NCBI RefSeq assembly: GCF_964275005.1
Contig: NC_092705.1
Location: 4,030,001 to 4,092,000 of the forward strand
Length of the DNA: 62,000 bases
Direction: 5' to 3'
From: Diadema setosum
Taxonomy: Eukaryota
Position 1 is the stretch's first letter. The number at the start of each line of letters is the position of its first letter. The notes under the pieces are model-generated. The model saw nothing but the letters and a program-made list of their open reading frames with translations, had not been told where the DNA came from and did not search any database. This document shows positions 60,241 through 62,000 of the stretch, piece by piece. The position numbers and the translations under genes were made by a program.

Positions 60241-62000
60241 AGAGGATGTTCAATTGAGGAGAGCACCCCTCACTTGCCCGTGGCGAGAGGGTACGGAAGG
60301 GCGCGGTCAGCCTGACCCGGCCAGCAACACCACACCGTTAGAGGGACATTAAGGGAAGACGATTACCACCATCGATTCGCATCCCTTATACTACGTCACC
60401 TTGATAAGAAGTCGCACTCTTCTCCCTCGCTCTATAATCATACAGGCGCGCGTGCGCGCACACACACATACATCCGCACCTTTTCCCGAATAGTATTTTT
60501 ATGATTCTGTTCAAATAATACCCAAGACAGTAATCAAGTAATTCAATCTGATTTTCACAAATATTGCATACAAGTATTTTGGTCACAATGGATTAAAACA
60601 TTTTCCTTTATTGTGTATCATTTTTCTTGCAGTGCAAGTGAAAATCAAAAGTTAATGATTGAAACACATACGTAACATTTCATTTATTCAAATGATGAGT
60701 GTAACTCATACACGCACACAACACACGAACAATAAACCCGTCAGAATATTGCGATACTTGTGTTTCAGAGGGGAGAGGAGTTTTCCGGAAGTGGCGAACA
60801 ATCACAGCGGGACATAGAGAGAGAGAGCACACTGGAATACCCACAGGATACTACATCGCCGAATGACGTTCTTTTGGAATGTTCATGACATTATTTTCAT
60901 CTGTAGCTTCAAAATCTTTTACAGTGTCCTGGCTGTTTCTGTCGAAAGAACTTTTCTTTTTTTCTTAATCCGCGGAAAGGAAAGGTCGAAGTAAATGTCC
61001 CTGACGTGAGATATAACAGCATAACTCTCGCACACAACTTTCTCTCTCTTTCTGCAATGCCTGTATTAATTTTGTCAGCTTCTTTCTTCGTAACTACAGA
61101 AATTCTTGTTGGTCAGACCACTTGTTGCGATTGGTAGTTTCTGATATCCGTCAAAGTCAAGTTTCACTTATATGCTTTCAGGGTCAATTCCCCTCAAACA
61201 TTATATTTCATTACCTATTGATGGTCGTGGTTGTTGCTATTCATATCGGTATTGAAGGCATATGCCGCTTTCAACGAATTAAAAAAGAAAAAGAAAAAGA
61301 TACAAGTAATCACTGTGACGTACATGAAACAAAAAGCAAAAACAAAAATGAAAACAATAAAAAAGCAAAAACTATAATAGATGTTAGGGAACTGGCGGGG
61401 GTTTTCCCTTACTGTGTCCTCTTTTTTTTTTTCATCAACTGTAAAGTATATTGACAGGTTGGGAGAGAGCTGGACGTGTTTATCTATATTAGCACTTGCC
61501 CAGTTATAAAACAATGAAGCAAACTTCGCGGGAGTTTTGAGGTAAGGGCTATACCACTTTTTGCACCCCATTTTCATTTTCGGTTCACAGCTCAGGTTCA
61601 TGTTTTGTTGTTTTCTTTGTTTTATGTCATCGTCCTTCAACGTCAGAGGGATCTTCTCGCATCGATATATCAATTGATAATGATAGTAATGTTTGGGATA
61701 TTAAACACAGCGCTAATAAGAGCGAAAGCAAAAACGACCACAACACTCGGCAAACGTCTGTATTTCAACCCCGATCAGCTGCAGATAACTTCTTCCGTGC
61801 AGTGTCCCGTACGAAGGGGGAAAAAACTCACAACAATCTTATAACTGCCCTGGAAAAAAAAAAAAGTGTTATCTTAGATTTATGAGTCATTTCGTGATCT
61901 GTATCATTAAGGTGTGGTGAGAACTACAGCAGTAGCCGAAGAGGGTACGACATTTTCTCTCTCTCCCGACATTTTTTATTTTGTATGTTATTGTTATTTT

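Noticed and set aside
56100..62000. A further gene at the right end of the window
   Set aside because: No exon with recognisable protein motifs or consistent splice phases was found; small exons cannot be excluded.

Overview
Eukaryotic, AT-rich, repeat-rich animal DNA. The repeat style suggests a marine deuterostome such as a sea urchin, but that is inference. Two complete, convergent, spliced genes were rebuilt by hand from GT-AG junctions with consistent phases. (1) On +, an 11-coding-exon K+-dependent Na+/Ca2+ exchanger (SLC24/NCKX family), CDS 15371-31441, 2421 nt / 806 aa. Its long cytoplasmic loop carries His10, Glu10, PKA-type sites and an exact DSGIHS degron. (2) On -, a 6-coding-exon type II membrane TNF-superfamily ligand, CDS 44343-36950, 1008 nt / 335 aa, with a furin site, a Cys-bearing C-terminal tail and a candidate TATA/NF-kB promoter near 51.1-51.6 kb. 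The rest is introns and intergenic DNA with many MITE/foldback elements, tRNA-derived SINEs, LINE tails and microsatellites. The most unusual element is a TSD-flanked SINE at 29006-29448 with a 7SL(Alu-domain)+tRNA double head and a Deu-like body. Most short ORFs in the supplied track are spurious. Family assignments rest on motifs recalled from memory; no searches were run.
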